Assembly: GCA_022813965.1 (NCBI GenBank)
Contig: JALDZS010000121.1
Coordinates: forward strand, 1-64,000
DNA from: Toensbergia leucococca
Lineage: Eukaryota
DNA length: 64,000 nucleotides
Direction: 5' to 3'
Shown here: positions 49,101 to 61,498 of the stretch, one piece after another
Position numbering within the stretch: the first letter of the stretch is position 1
Layout of the letters: the number at the start of each line of letters is the position of its first letter
Notes under the pieces: model-generated
Seen by the model: only the letters and a program-made list of their open reading frames with translations
Told to the model about the DNA's origin: nothing
The model's database searches: none
Translations under genes and position numbers: made by a program

Positions 49101-52100
49101 GATGATAAATCTTCAACAATAGTTCCTTTGATATAAACCTTTCTAACATTATCAGTCAGCAGGCTTGATTTCAGTAATAAGGTTTTTCTATTCTGAAGAG
49201 GCTGTGCTATTATCACATATCATAAAATGTAGTTTCTCAAGTAACCTGTCATTTTTAGATAAGTCTTCAGTTTTTTTAATGTATTTAAGAACTTTAATTA
49301 AGCTATTGCTTCTAGCTTTTCTTTCACTGTGAATAATCTAAGAGAGTCAACTCATTGTCTGAGTAGTATTACTGTGAGGTATTTAATAAATGACTTATTT
49401 TTCTTTAAGAAAATACTCATCTGATTTAGCTTGATAAAGACCTTTTTCAGATAATCTAAGTGTTTATCAAGGGTCTTAGAGAATATAATAATATCATCTA
49501 TGTAAGCCTTGACAAATTTACTGAATTCTCATAGAACTCAATCTATTTGTCTTTATACATAGGTCAGTAATTCTTTGTAACTTATTATCAGTACTTAGAA
49601 AGTCTCTTGACCTCAGTGAGTAATCACAGTAAGTTTGTAATAATTCTCTGATTTTATCAGTCACTGATAAAAGAAGAAAGCATCATCTATACTTGTGATG
49701 TATTTACAGTCTCTCATTAAGGCTATGACATCAGACTGTAGTGAAAGTGAGTATGTGTCAGATTGAGTAACTTGATTAAGCTCTTGAATATTCACAACAG
49801 CTCTTCCCTTCTATGTTTTATCTGAATTAGTTTTTCATACTATAAACACTGAAAAGCTGAAAGAAGTACTCTAATTGATTCATTGTAGTCTCTTTTGTTC
49901 ATGTAGTTGATTGAATGTCTGATCTACTACTTCTTTGTCTTTGATGTCTAAAGGATAAACCTTGACTTTTTCTTTGATGAATTTTTCTCAATCTTCCTTG
50001 AGTGAAATAATCATTTATTCTTCTGAAGAAACCTTGACAAATTTACCTTCTTCTCATAAGGGGGTGTGCTAATTTACTTTTTTTATCAGACATTCCCTGA
50101 TGACTAAATCACTGTATATTCTGATCTTATTTGACATGCTATGTTTTATATCTGATAAAATAGCTATGAATTCCTCAGACACATCATTTAACTTATCAAC
50201 GCTTAGAATTGCAAGTTCAGGTGTTGAGTTCATATTTCACAGAATATTAGGTGAATTTATTTCAGTAACTTTAGGAGGGTTTGCTATTAAATTTATCACA
50301 TACACTGCGGCAGCAGTGGCAGTGAACAGATATTTACCTCAATGAGTTCTATGATGTTTCTGTGACTTTCTCACAGTTAAATCTCATATGTCTTTATGAT
50401 ATATCATGTTATTCATTGTGTAGCAATTTTTGTGATTCATTTCAGTGACAAACCCTAGCTGAGCATTCCTTGAAATTATCACACTCATCTGTAGTTCATT
50501 AAAGGCTATTATTAAAGTAATAGCTACATCAACTACATGTGTGTATAGAGTAGTCATAGATTCTTTAGATTTGAAGATGAAGTCTTAATCTATTGATAGA
50601 TTTAAGTGACTAATATCTATACTGACGCACTCACTTGAGAGTATGTACACTTCAGCTTTTGCATGAATGTCTTATCTAGTGTATAAGTCTTTAGAAGTTA
50701 TCTCAATTGAGATGTTAACATTGCATGTCTCAAAATAAGCTGTTTTGATGAATAACATTAGATTAATTTTTTTCTGACTTAATATGTTCATGATTAACAT
50801 TTTGACTCACAGATTATTAACAATGTATGCTTTGTGAGAGATCAGTGCAATCTATGATTTATTCTCTCATTTATTTAGAAAGTGCATATTCAGATTGACA
50901 TATTCTTCAGTCTGATGTTGATCAGGGTCTATTCCGCGGAATTTCACTGATTTATTCATTTGATTGATCAGAATAGTGAAATTTTGCTGATGAAGAAATT
51001 CTCAGTCAATTAGTGTTATAGATGCACTCATAGGGCTTGTAGGACTCGGGGCGGAGCTTGTTATGTTTTTTTGTTGGATTGCTGGAGCGATGGAGGGTAA
51101 GGAGGAGCTTGGCGAGATTCATAATGAGAGAGTGGCGGGAAATCTTCAATCAAGTCCAGTTCGAGTCTTTTGGGCGAGCTTCTTCCTTCACGTTGAAAAG
51201 AGCTATCAGTCCACATCTCCCATGTCTTAGCCGATACATGACTACTTGCAACTTGCATCCAGGGTAGCCTGGGCTTCCCCACAGAGGTGTGGGTGAGAAT
51301 AGTGCATTGAGCATTCTCCTTGAGCTAAGCCAAGCCATGCCGCCAGCTGCCAGCTCTTCTTGGGAGCATGTAACATCTAATCTAATTGTGATCTGCTTCC
51401 CATGTTTTGAATTATCAGTAGTCCCTACTTATGCCAATCTCCCAACCTCGCCTTGATCGATTTGTTGTCCACCATTTCCCACAACCGGAATCTCGATGTG
51501 TTTCAAGCCCCTAAAGTTCCGGGAGCGGACGTCCAAAGGAAAGAGAAACGTGAGACGTAGGGGCCAATTTTCATTTCGAGGGCGTGATTGAGGACTCGCT
51601 TTGGTGAACTGACTCGGAAAATGGAAAGAATGAACTTTCTGCCACATTTGTGGGAAGATAGCCAGAGATACCGGATATCATGTAGCAGTGGTTAGACAGA
51701 TGCAGGTGATTGCTTAGTTGTTCTCTTCAAGTTCGATGTAAGGACATCTCTATTCTGTTTACCCGTCACACTAGGAGGATCACCCGAGATAATCGCTCGG
51801 CGTTTCGTCAACACTCATTTCTTCCCGCGCGCTTCAGCAAGAGATCTTGACATAAGTCAATGGAGCTCCGAATGGGCGTATGATGCTACAAACATGCTCA
51901 ATGCAGCCTTTTGGATCTTTCCAACGACCTCGTACAAGGTCATTCTCGTCGCAGAGAGTCTCACGAGTCTTGGACTCGAGCTTCTACTACGCATTTCAGA
52001 TCACTTCCTTTCATACGGTTCCAGGAGGTATCCCCATGCATACTACCCCGTATCTGGCAAGATGAGTGCTACAAAAAGCCACAGACGCCACACAGCGGCT

Positions 52101-52944
52101 CTGGTTGCTTTGAAAGAGCCCCAGGCAAGAGCGTCAGGCCTGGAAGAGAGCTAGCCCCACATACTTTGTAGGCTTCACTTACCTTGGTGATCCCAAAATT
52201 TCTCAAGATTTCCTCGTCCGAACACAAGTACATGCATGCCCTTTTGCATAGATGCCTTATTCTTCTCAGCAAAACATTAAATCCTGAGTTTTGGTTTAGA
52301 GGTCGGTAAGGCGAGTTCATGGAGTAGAGTAAGACCCTGGAGGTGACTCAGCATGAGGTTTTCTGTATAGATGCACATCGCTTAGGTGACGGTGAGGTAT
52401 AAGTGAATGCTTCTCGTAAAGCTGGTGCAAACGTGCATAATTCTGGCCATGGTACATCCCCCCCCCACTTTCTGCTCGTCAACCAAATGTAGAAAAGAGT
52501 AGATTTCGAGACTAGTCATCTTTCTTTCTTTCCACCGCCACACTTCCACAATGTCTCGACAGTCACTCTTTGCGTGATAGCTCATACCGTCGCTCTTTTC
52601 CATCCATTGGTACCCGCTTTCGAGAGTTCTCTTCATCGCACACGCTTTGCATCCATCTTTCGACATCGGATCTTCGCTCCTTCTCACGAGATACGCTTCT
52701 CGTTCAATCTTTCGGTCACATCACGTCAGGTTTCTCGTACACACAGCTTTCGATCAAATCTCATCTCGTAAGTCATCCACATTTCAGGGACAACCCCACA
52801 AACACTGGATGTACCGCAGTACTGATCTCATTCGTAGGCATTCCCTACGTGTATGCTTACTCGCCGACATATTCGCTCTTTTCTGCAATACAGATCTCCA
52901 AAACGTAACTTACAACTCATGCGAGCCCAACGTTCCAGTATTAG

Positions 52945-53959
52945 ATGACTGATATGAACGACAGAAGGAAAGGCATCATGACGTCGTTGCAAAACATCTC
53001 CACTGAGTTGGGGAACAACGCGGCTGCAACTAGCCATATCATGGCCAATCTCAAAATCTCTGCTCATGTATGACTTTGGCTCAAGAAGCAAAAAGCTTCC
53101 GCAATCCTCTCTAACGGAGACACAGCATGAGATGCGGGCCACCCAGCCTGATGACTCGCTCTTGAATATTTTTCCCATGGAAGTACGGGAGAAAATTTAT
53201 AAGTTCGCCCTGACGGCAAAAAATGGGACAATCGTTCTAAGTGGCCGCAAGTTCAAGCGTAACATCGCGGTCAGTCTTCTAGCGACGTGCAAGCAAATAT
53301 ACCACGAAGCTACCCCGATGTTGTATCAGGTGAACACATTCATATTCAAGAATGCCGGTGCCGATTTACGACAGGTAGTCAAGCCATTGGGGCTTAATTC
53401 GTGTTGGGAGACAGAAGATTGCTCTGTGGCAGTGTGCAATCCAGTCTTCAGGAAGGTAGTTTTCGACCTCGGGCACGACAAAAGAGCCTTCCACGGGGCC
53501 CTTGATTACGAAGGTTTCGGGTACGCGCTGAAGGAAATCCGTGGAACCTTGATAGTAGAGCAGCTTGAATTGTTCTTCCGTCGATATTGTTTTGGCCTCA
53601 CATCCAAGCCTTTTAGGTGAGTCTCTGAAGACCGACTTTTGTATCGAGCTGATCAGCGAAATCACAGGCTGGGTGAGGGTCTTGGCACAGTATATGTAAA
53701 GGGGCAGTTGAAGATCGATTGCCCAGAAGCTCATTGGGTTAACGAGGACATGCGCGAGCTGCCTAGAGCGTTGATGATGAAGCCGAATCCAACCTCAACA
53801 CAGCTCAAATGGAGACAGCGCCATCGAGTGCGGCATGGAAAGTACCAGTGCGTAAGTGAAGCTTGTTACACGACAGAGTATGTCCCAGCAAAAGGTGATG
53901 AGTTGAATGAGGGAATACTCGATGATCCAGTCATTAGGATGCGAGGAGTGGGAAGATGA
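52945..53959 (+). CDS. Hypothetical protein with F-box-like motif (LLNIFPMEVREKIY)
   Basis: Exon 1 from ATG 52945; introns at about 53068-53125 (GTATGA...CTAAC...CAG) and 53617-53677. Contains SLLATCKQIYHEATPMLYQVNTFIF. Confidence 0.75.
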
Positions 53960-54211
53960 GAAGAGTTTCGGAGTGGAAATGACATCGATAGTAAGTGTCG
54001 AGCTAGTGACGCAGCTTGACCGGGGTAAGCTTCTCGGCGACGCAGCTCTTTCTAATTCGACGACAGATCTATGTATCATAGTCCCCCGGAGGTCGGTTGG
54101 GTAGTGGTATCTTCGTTGCAAATTCATCTTGACGCTGGGGGTCTTATTTTGAGAAGGACGCGGCCTTCATTTCGCTTTTCAAACGGTTTCCCAGGAATCG
54201 ATAATAACACT

Positions 54212-54746
54212 CTAGAGACATCTAAGCACCAGATCGACGGTATCAAGGAATGTCTCTCTATTAGCTTCAGTTTTGCTTAGTCCCAGACCAATAATAATTG
54301 TTCTATTTTCCTGAGGATTCTTGAGAGCGATAGCACTTGCAATCTGCGTGGCATACAGCTGACCTATAGTTTCCCGTTCCGGTGTCGATACTCCCAACAG
54401 AGTCTTCGGAGTTAGATGTGACATTGGCAAGAGGTCGTTGTCGTCAGTGGGTGCAGGTAGATGCTGGTCTGCGTAGGTTGGACTGGCAGAGTCCAAAGGG
54501 ACGTGAATCTGTGACGAGGTAAGCCAGGTAAAGATGCACGAAGACGTTTCATCACTTTCTTACCCATTGAGCTAACCTTCCGGCTTGGGTGACGGTTACC
54601 ATTATTTTGTCAGAGAAAGAGATGGAAGTGACTTGGGTAGTAATGCCGTCTACTACTCCGGCGGCTTGCTTGCTGGTTGCTGGATATGAGGCAGTCATTG
54701 GGGATTGGAGAGTCGGGGATAAATCAGGGACGATGGGTAGTGGCAT
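54212..54746 (-). CDS. Proteasome assembly chaperone 3 (PAC3/PSMG3-like)
   Basis: YPATSKQAAGVVDG...FSDKIMVTVTQAGRLAQW|IHVPL...LTPKTLLG...QLYATQIASAI...RTIIIGLGL; one intron at about 54509-54563. Confidence 0.85.
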
Positions 54747-55029
54747 ATTCACCGTGTACTTAGTATGTGTAAATAGAACTTGTTCTCTAGGCTGCTCCCT
54801 AGAATTAAGAAGACTTCCTAGGTAAGGTACCTACTGCTGGTACGAATACTAGATGAGATTGGGGGATGCGGTTCAGATTAAGTTGGGGATTTTAGGTCAG
54901 AGACTGCAAGAAATCGTCATTGTTCTCCGCAGCCGCCATCACCGCCATTGCCGCTGATAGACGTTGAAAATTCTACATCGAGTCATTATTGGCCACCTAT
55001 CTCTTGACCACCATACCTCAATTAACACA

Positions 55030-58000
55030 ATGCCCAAATTCGTGCCACGACAACGTAAGCACAAGCAAAGGGCTACTCATAATGAAGTTCTATCAAGTCA
55101 AGTTCGCGATTCAAATTCCTTGGAGATTGTCCCCGCCACAAGCATAGAAAAAGAAGAAAAGCGCCGACTCATGAAAGACACTCTTCGCGCCCAACAGTCA
55201 GAAATGTCGAGCAAGAAGAAGAAAAGACTTGATAAATACATTGTATACTTTGTATGGTATTTGCCAGCCTTTACTAGCTAACACAGCGTACAGGATAACA
55301 AATTGAAAAAGGAAGAGAACCTTGATTTAATCAAGAAACTGGTCAGTGCCAGAGTAGATACCAGTCTGTTACGAAGCTCTCGATCGCTTGGTGTAATCAA
55401 AGAGTCGAAACGTGAAGTCTTTTCTCGAGCTTTGAGACAGCAACAGGCAGGTGTGGATCTACAAAAGAATAACAAAATCCTATTCAAAGATACTCCTGCA
55501 ATTGATGATTTTTCCGATGATTCAAGTATATCAAGCAAGGATGAAGGTGATCTACGAGGCAAGCAGTTTGTAACGAATGTACCTGTGTCAACCCCAATTA
55601 TTGGAAATGGCTTGAAAAGACCTCTTGAAGTAGGCGCTGATGGAAATCCCATCATCAAGAAAAGACAGCGTCCACAACGTCGTAAACCTCGGGCTGAAAC
55701 ACTAAATGAGTCTCCGTGGGATGGATTTGATTCGGACGTAAACTCGAGATCATCACCTTCTAGGACTGAGTCTATAGGAACGCAAACAGATACAGAATGC
55801 AGTTCCGACGCAATGTCTACAGACTCTTCTATGCGCGGTCATCAGGATAGTCAAAGCTCTAGTAGTGAGGACGTTGATGAAGAATTCGTTGCAAATCGTA
55901 AACAGCGATCTTCGGCATTCATGGCTTGGGCCACGCAACAAGTGAACGAAGCCTTGGGATTCTCTCCTTCGGCCATTGAAGCTCCAGAAAGTGCTAAGAA
56001 GATGTCCAATCATGAGGTCAAACCAAGGGAGCCAGAGCAGGATGCATTACCACCCGAGCTAGAAACAAAGTCAAATTTCCCTGAACGTCAAGTGTTTAGT
56101 GTACAGGTGAATCGCTCACCAGAAGTGCAAGAAAGCCGTCTAGGGTTGCCAATTGTTGCAGAAGAACAAAAAATCATGGAGGCAATTTACAACAATCCTT
56201 CTGTGGTCATTTGGGGAAGTACGGGCAGTGGGAAAACAACTCAAGTCCCGCAGTTCTTATACGAAGCTGGCTTTGGAGATCCAGATAGCCCTAATCCTGG
56301 AATGATAGGAGTCACTCAGCCCCGACGAGTGGCTGCCGTTAGCATGGCCAGACGAGTGAGTGATGAGTTGGGTGATGTCACTGCAAAGGTGTCGTATCAG
56401 ATCCGCTTCGATAGTACTGTCAGTCACAAGACTGCTATCAAATTCATGACCGATGGTATTCTCATACGTGAGATTGCCAAGGATTTCGCATTGACTAAGT
56501 ATTCTGCAATCGTCATAGATGAAGCCCATGAAAGAACTGCCAATACTGACATATTGATTGGTATGGTGAGCAGAATCGTTGACCTTAGGGCTTCTATGAG
56601 TCAGGAGGATGCAAAGGTCAGGCCATTAAAGCTCATCATCATGTCTGCGACACTAAGGGTGTCAGACTTTACTGATAATCCCAATCTATTTCGCAATGGT
56701 CCTCCTCCACTACTGCAGGCGGAAGGGCGCCAATATCCCGTGTCTATCCATTTCGCACGGAGGACGCAGAGAGACTATCTTGAAGAGACGTTTCTAAAAG
56801 TCAGCCGAGGTCACAAGAAATTGCCACCCGGAGGTATGCTTGTATTTCTGACAGGACAAAACGAGATTACTGTTTTGGCGAAAAGACTCAAAGAGGCTTT
56901 TACGAATACGCAGGGCAAGCATCATGACGGTCATCGAGTGCGCGTAGCAGCAAACGAGGTGCCCTTAGAAACAGAAGATTTCGACCTAGGTATTGATAAT
57001 TTAGGCAGTCATCAAGCAGGGGACGACGACGACGAAGATATTCATCTGTATGAAGACGAGGACGAAGAGGATAAGGAATTCGACATTGGCGACGCCACCC
57101 CAGGATCCCTCAATATCCGCGTCCTCCCACTCTACTCCCAGCTCCCAACCAAAGACCAACTCCTCGTCTTCTCTCCCACCCCGGAAAATACGCGCCTAAT
57201 AGTCCTCGCAACTAACGTCGCAGAAACCAGCCTTACCATCCCAGGAATCCGCTACGTTTTCGATTGCGGCCGCGCCAAAGCCAAAAAGTACGACCGCACA
57301 AATGGTGTTCAGACCTTCGAAATCGGCTGGATCAGCAAAGCAAGCGCCAGCCAGCGTGCCGGACGAGCCGGCCGTACCGCCCCAGGACATTGTTACAGAC
57401 TCTATTCATCAGCGGTCTATGAGCGCGATTTCGAAGAGCACGCCGAGCCGGAGATCTTGCGCATGCCGGTGGAAGGAGTGGTGCTGCAGCTGAAAAGTAT
57501 GGATCTACAGCACGTTGTCAACTTCCCCTTCCCTACGCCCCCCGACCGGCACAGCCTTGCCAAAGCAGAAAAGCTCCTCACTCACCTAGGCGCTATTTCA
57601 CGCGAGGGCAAAATCACGCCGCTCGGCCGCGAGTTATCAATGTACCCGCTCTCGCCACGTTTTTCAAAAATGCTCCTGATAGGCCACCAGCATAATTGCA
57701 TGCCCTACACCATAGCAATGGTAGCCGCTCTCTCGGTCCCCTCCATCTTCCTCACAGAAAACCAACTCGACCTCTCCTCAGACGCATCCGACATTACATT
57801 TACCGACCTCAAAAAAGCCTACAACAGCGCCCACCACCTCTTCAGCCTCAATTCTCCCACTAGCGATGCGCTAAAACACCTCACCGCCCTCTGCGCCCAC
57901 GCCCACGCCTCAAACCCCGAAGCGTTCGCGGCAAGCAAATTCCTGCACCCAAAATCCCTGCACGAAGCCCACCAACTTCGCGCACAACTAACAACCCTCG

Positions 58001-58611
58001 TCCGCACCAACAACCCAACCCACCACCCCGAATCATACAGCCACCGCCTCTCCCCTCCAACCCCAACCCAACTGACCGCTCTCCCCCAGATCCTCGCCGC
58101 AGCCTACATCGACCAAATCGCCATCCGCGCCGACCTCTCCCCCAATCCCCCAGAACAGCTCCAAAAACCCCGCACCGCAACCCAAGTCCCCTACCTCCCC
58201 CTCTTCCCTTCCCACTCTCATCCCAAAAATCCCGAAAAAGAAATCTACATCCACCCCTCCTCCCTCCTCGCTCACTCCCCCCCCGCAACCCTGCCTCAGT
58301 ACCTCCTCTACTCACACCTCTCCCGCGCCTCCACCCCTACAATCACCACCTCCCACCCCAAAACCCGCATGCATCCCCTCGCCGCCATCAGCGCGAAGCA
58401 GATCGCCGCCCTGGCGCACGGGACGCCGTTGCTCGAGTGGGGGAAACCGGTTGGGGAGGTGGAGGAGGTGGAGGGGGGAAAGAGGGAGTGTTTTGTGGGG
58501 GCTTTTTTGAGGGGGGAGAAGGGGGGACAGGGGTGGGGATTGGGGTTGAGGAGGGTGGTTATGGGGAGCGGGGTTGGGGGGAGTTGGGTTGTTGAGAGGG
58601 TTGTTGGGTAG
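55030..58611 (+). CDS. DHR1: DEAH-box RNA helicase DHR1 (DHX37/Ecm16)
   Basis: MPKFVPRQRKHK N-terminus; SKKKKRLDKYI; LPIVAEEQKIMEAI; GSTGSGKTTQ; TQPRRVAA; DEAHER; MSAT; ATNVAETSLT; QRAGRAGR. Intron at about 55243-55292. Confidence 0.96.
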
Positions 58612-59740
58612 TGAGCTGGATTATGTGCTTGAGGAAGAGTTGGAACGCGTGGGGGTGGTGGGGCAGGGGGCAGAGGTTGGCTTGTTATCTGATACAATAT
58701 TACTTTCCTGATACTCTCACGCTCTCATTTTTCAATTTTTGCTAACTCACCTCCTCTGGGATATTCACAAAAAAGGGGGGGCTTATGAATTTTTAATGAG
58801 TGTAATAAGCTCTCTCTTTAGCAGAAAAGACAGGATGGGACTCCCCCTTCTCTTTGATAATTTTTCTTATCACTCCAAAACAAAATTGAATCAAATCAAA
58901 TCAAATCATTTCAGTTGATTGATCATTTCAATCAATTACTCATGCTGAAACAGTGATTTAAGTGCATAAATATGAAGTGTCTCTCTGCTCTCATTACTCT
59001 CATCACTCCCATCACTCCCTTCTCACACACACACCCCTCACATCAGAAAAAAAGAAGAGACAAAGAGGAGGGATGTGTGTGTGACTCTAACAAGCAAATA
59101 TTCCGAGTAGAGGGTTTTTTAGTTTTGATTTTTTTGGTTTTTGATTTTTGGTTTTCGTTGAATGAATGAACGAATAAATGTAAGAGATGTATATCCGCAG
59201 TCTTTTTTTTTTCATTCTTTTTTAATGAAAGGGAGGTCAATGTGTGGGGGATGTGGGACGCGTGATTTAGAAAATGATGGTTTTTGTTTTGTTCTTTTTG
59301 TTTTTTCTAAGTTTTGAGGGGCGTGGGTTGAGGGAGGTGCTGTTGGTGGAGCTCTGAGCTGAGGGGGGGGTTTGTTGTGAGGAGAAGGTGAAGGGATACG
59401 GGGAGGGTGGAGTGGTGGGTTGTGATTAGGGTGGTTGTATTTATTGGGAGAGGAGAGAGGGGCTGTGTGATGGTGGGAGTAGAACAGCGGGATTCGAAAG
59501 GTGGATGTTTTCATCTCTCTGGCCCCTGTTTTTTTGGAGAGTTGGGGTGAGAAGATGAGATGGTTGTCAGGAGAAAGCCTTTGTAAAAAAAAAAATAAAA
59601 AAAAAAAAAACGACTAGGAAAGAACCGCGTGGCAGAATTTCGACATCAACTTTTTGTCTCACACAGTGTTTCAAGACCAAATACACTCACCCTCTCCCCT
59701 AAAAATCTTCTCCCCTCCCGACACCCCGTCCGCGCACCCC

Positions 59741-60867
59741 TCACACCCCATCCAAGCCCTCATAAAGCCCAATCCCCCAGCTCTGACTCGGATTATTAAA
59801 CCTGGTCCCTTCTCCCCCCAATCCCTCCACCGCCTTGAAATCCCCATACTCCAACCCGCACTCCCCAGCTCCAAAATTCTCCCGAATCCTCTCAGCATGC
59901 GAACTCTTCGGAATGACGCTCGTGCCACGACTCAAGCCCCAAGCCAACGCCACAGTCGCAGGAGTACATCCTCTTTTTTCTGCAATGTTGACTATTAGGC
60001 TGTTGTTCAGGAGGAGAGGAGGTAGGGACGAGGAAGTGGAAGCGACGGAGGTGTCGTAGGTGGGGTTTGAGTTTGCGAGGGGGGAGTAAGCTGTGACGTG
60101 GATGTTGTGGGCGTTGTGATATTGTAGCCAAGCGGATTGGGGGAGGTAGGGGTGGATTTCCATTTGGTGGGCGAATGGGACGGTGGAGGAGTGGGTGAGG
60201 AGATGTGAGAGTTGGGCGGGGGAGAAGTTGGAGATGCCGAAATTGCGGACATTGGGGAGGAGAGTCATGGCGTGCCAGGTCTGTGTTATGGGAATAGGGT
60301 CAGTTATGGGTTTCTTTATGTGGGGGTGGGGGAATGTACATCGATGTAGTCGAGAGTGGTTTTGCCATTTATGGGGGAGGAAGCGACGGGCCAGTGCATG
60401 AGGTAGAGGTCTAGATATTCGAGGCCTAGATCTGAGAGCGTTTGGTGCAATGCCTTTTCGACCATGTCGGGGCGGTGGCTATTCACCATAACAGCCGCTA
60501 ATCAACCTCAAGTCCACAATTGGGGATGCTCAAAGAACAGCACTTACTGATCATTCCACAGCTTCGACGTCACCCAAATATCCTCACGGGTAATGCCAGC
60601 TTTCCCAAGCCCGTCCGCAATGCCCTTGCCGACATCTTTCTCATTCCCATAGATGGCAGCGCAATCGATGTGCCGATAGCCAGTTTGGATGGCGAAGGAA
60701 ACGGCGGCGGAGACGTTGGATTTATCGAGGTTCCAGGTTCCAAAGCCGAGGTGGGGGATGGAAATGGTGGATTGGGGAGGAGAAAGTGGGATTTGATGAT
60801 GCTGAGGGGCTTGACTAATAGCCAGTGCGGGGAGGGTTAGGGCTGTGATGATGTTGAGGAGCTTCAT
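59741..60867 (-). CDS. Aldo-keto reductase with predicted N-terminal signal peptide
   Basis: [66 protein letters not shown]. Introns at about 60480-60547 and 60281-60339. Confidence 0.92.
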
Positions 60868-61498
60868 GATTGAGGACAAATTGAATTTGGGGACAAGGCA
60901 CAATGGAATGTAAGAGGTGATTAATTCATCCCTTACAACTTCTACAAGCCTTCTCCTCTTCTAAATTCGATGTATCATGATGCATATCTCGGAGCAGCAC
61001 TCACGTCATGATTGTGCTTTGCTACGACTTGCCTACTACGGCTAGATCGCCTATTCTATTAGGGCACAAACCCTATGAGCTAAATTCACCTCGCCGGCGC
61101 CATTTAGGCTCTCAATTGTTCTGGCCATGGGCCCAGACTTCAAGTTCTATTTGCCAGTGGACTCATCACTCAGTACTAACTCTCTCTCATCGCTTAGCCT
61201 CATATCACCCGAGGAGCCGTGTATCTATGTACCTTGGAATTCGTTGATGTGACTGGTGCTTCAGGGGATGAATCTAGAATATGCAGACTTGGAAGAAGAT
61301 GGCACGAAATATTTGATTTTTAACGAGCGTTTGGGATGATATGGCTGACCAATCCCTTGAGGATGCGGCATAGGGCTATGCAAGAGATATTGAGGAGTCG
61401 AGTGGTCGAGGTGTGGCAGAGTAGCGCAAGGCTGAGAGAGGCGCTCTCCGCTGCGTAAACACCTTGAGTTGCTTCCTCTCCGTCGTATCATACAAACC

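Larger units (their letters stand above)
44469..51030 (-). mobile_element. 5'-truncated, heavily C-to-T-mutated Ty3/gypsy (chromovirus) LTR retrotransposon
   Basis: Minus-strand remnants in gypsy order: protease ASITLID (about 51005-51027); RT KAYIDDIIIFS (YIDD at 49493-49504); RNase H TH(Y)*PTE...IILTDH (about 48715-48830); integrase YSTAYHSQTDGQSDRIN (about 47740-47792); chromodomain FEVECLLNKR...EYLIR*K*Y (about 47030-47150). AT-rich, with many stop codons. Confidence 0.92.

Noticed and set aside
51038..51770. Possible second LTR (TG...CA) right of the retroelement
   Set aside because: No similarity to 44469-44640 and poor terminal inversion.
59586..59610. Poly(A) run as a retroposon tail
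   Set aside because: No target-site duplication or upstream element body; likely a simple homopolymer.
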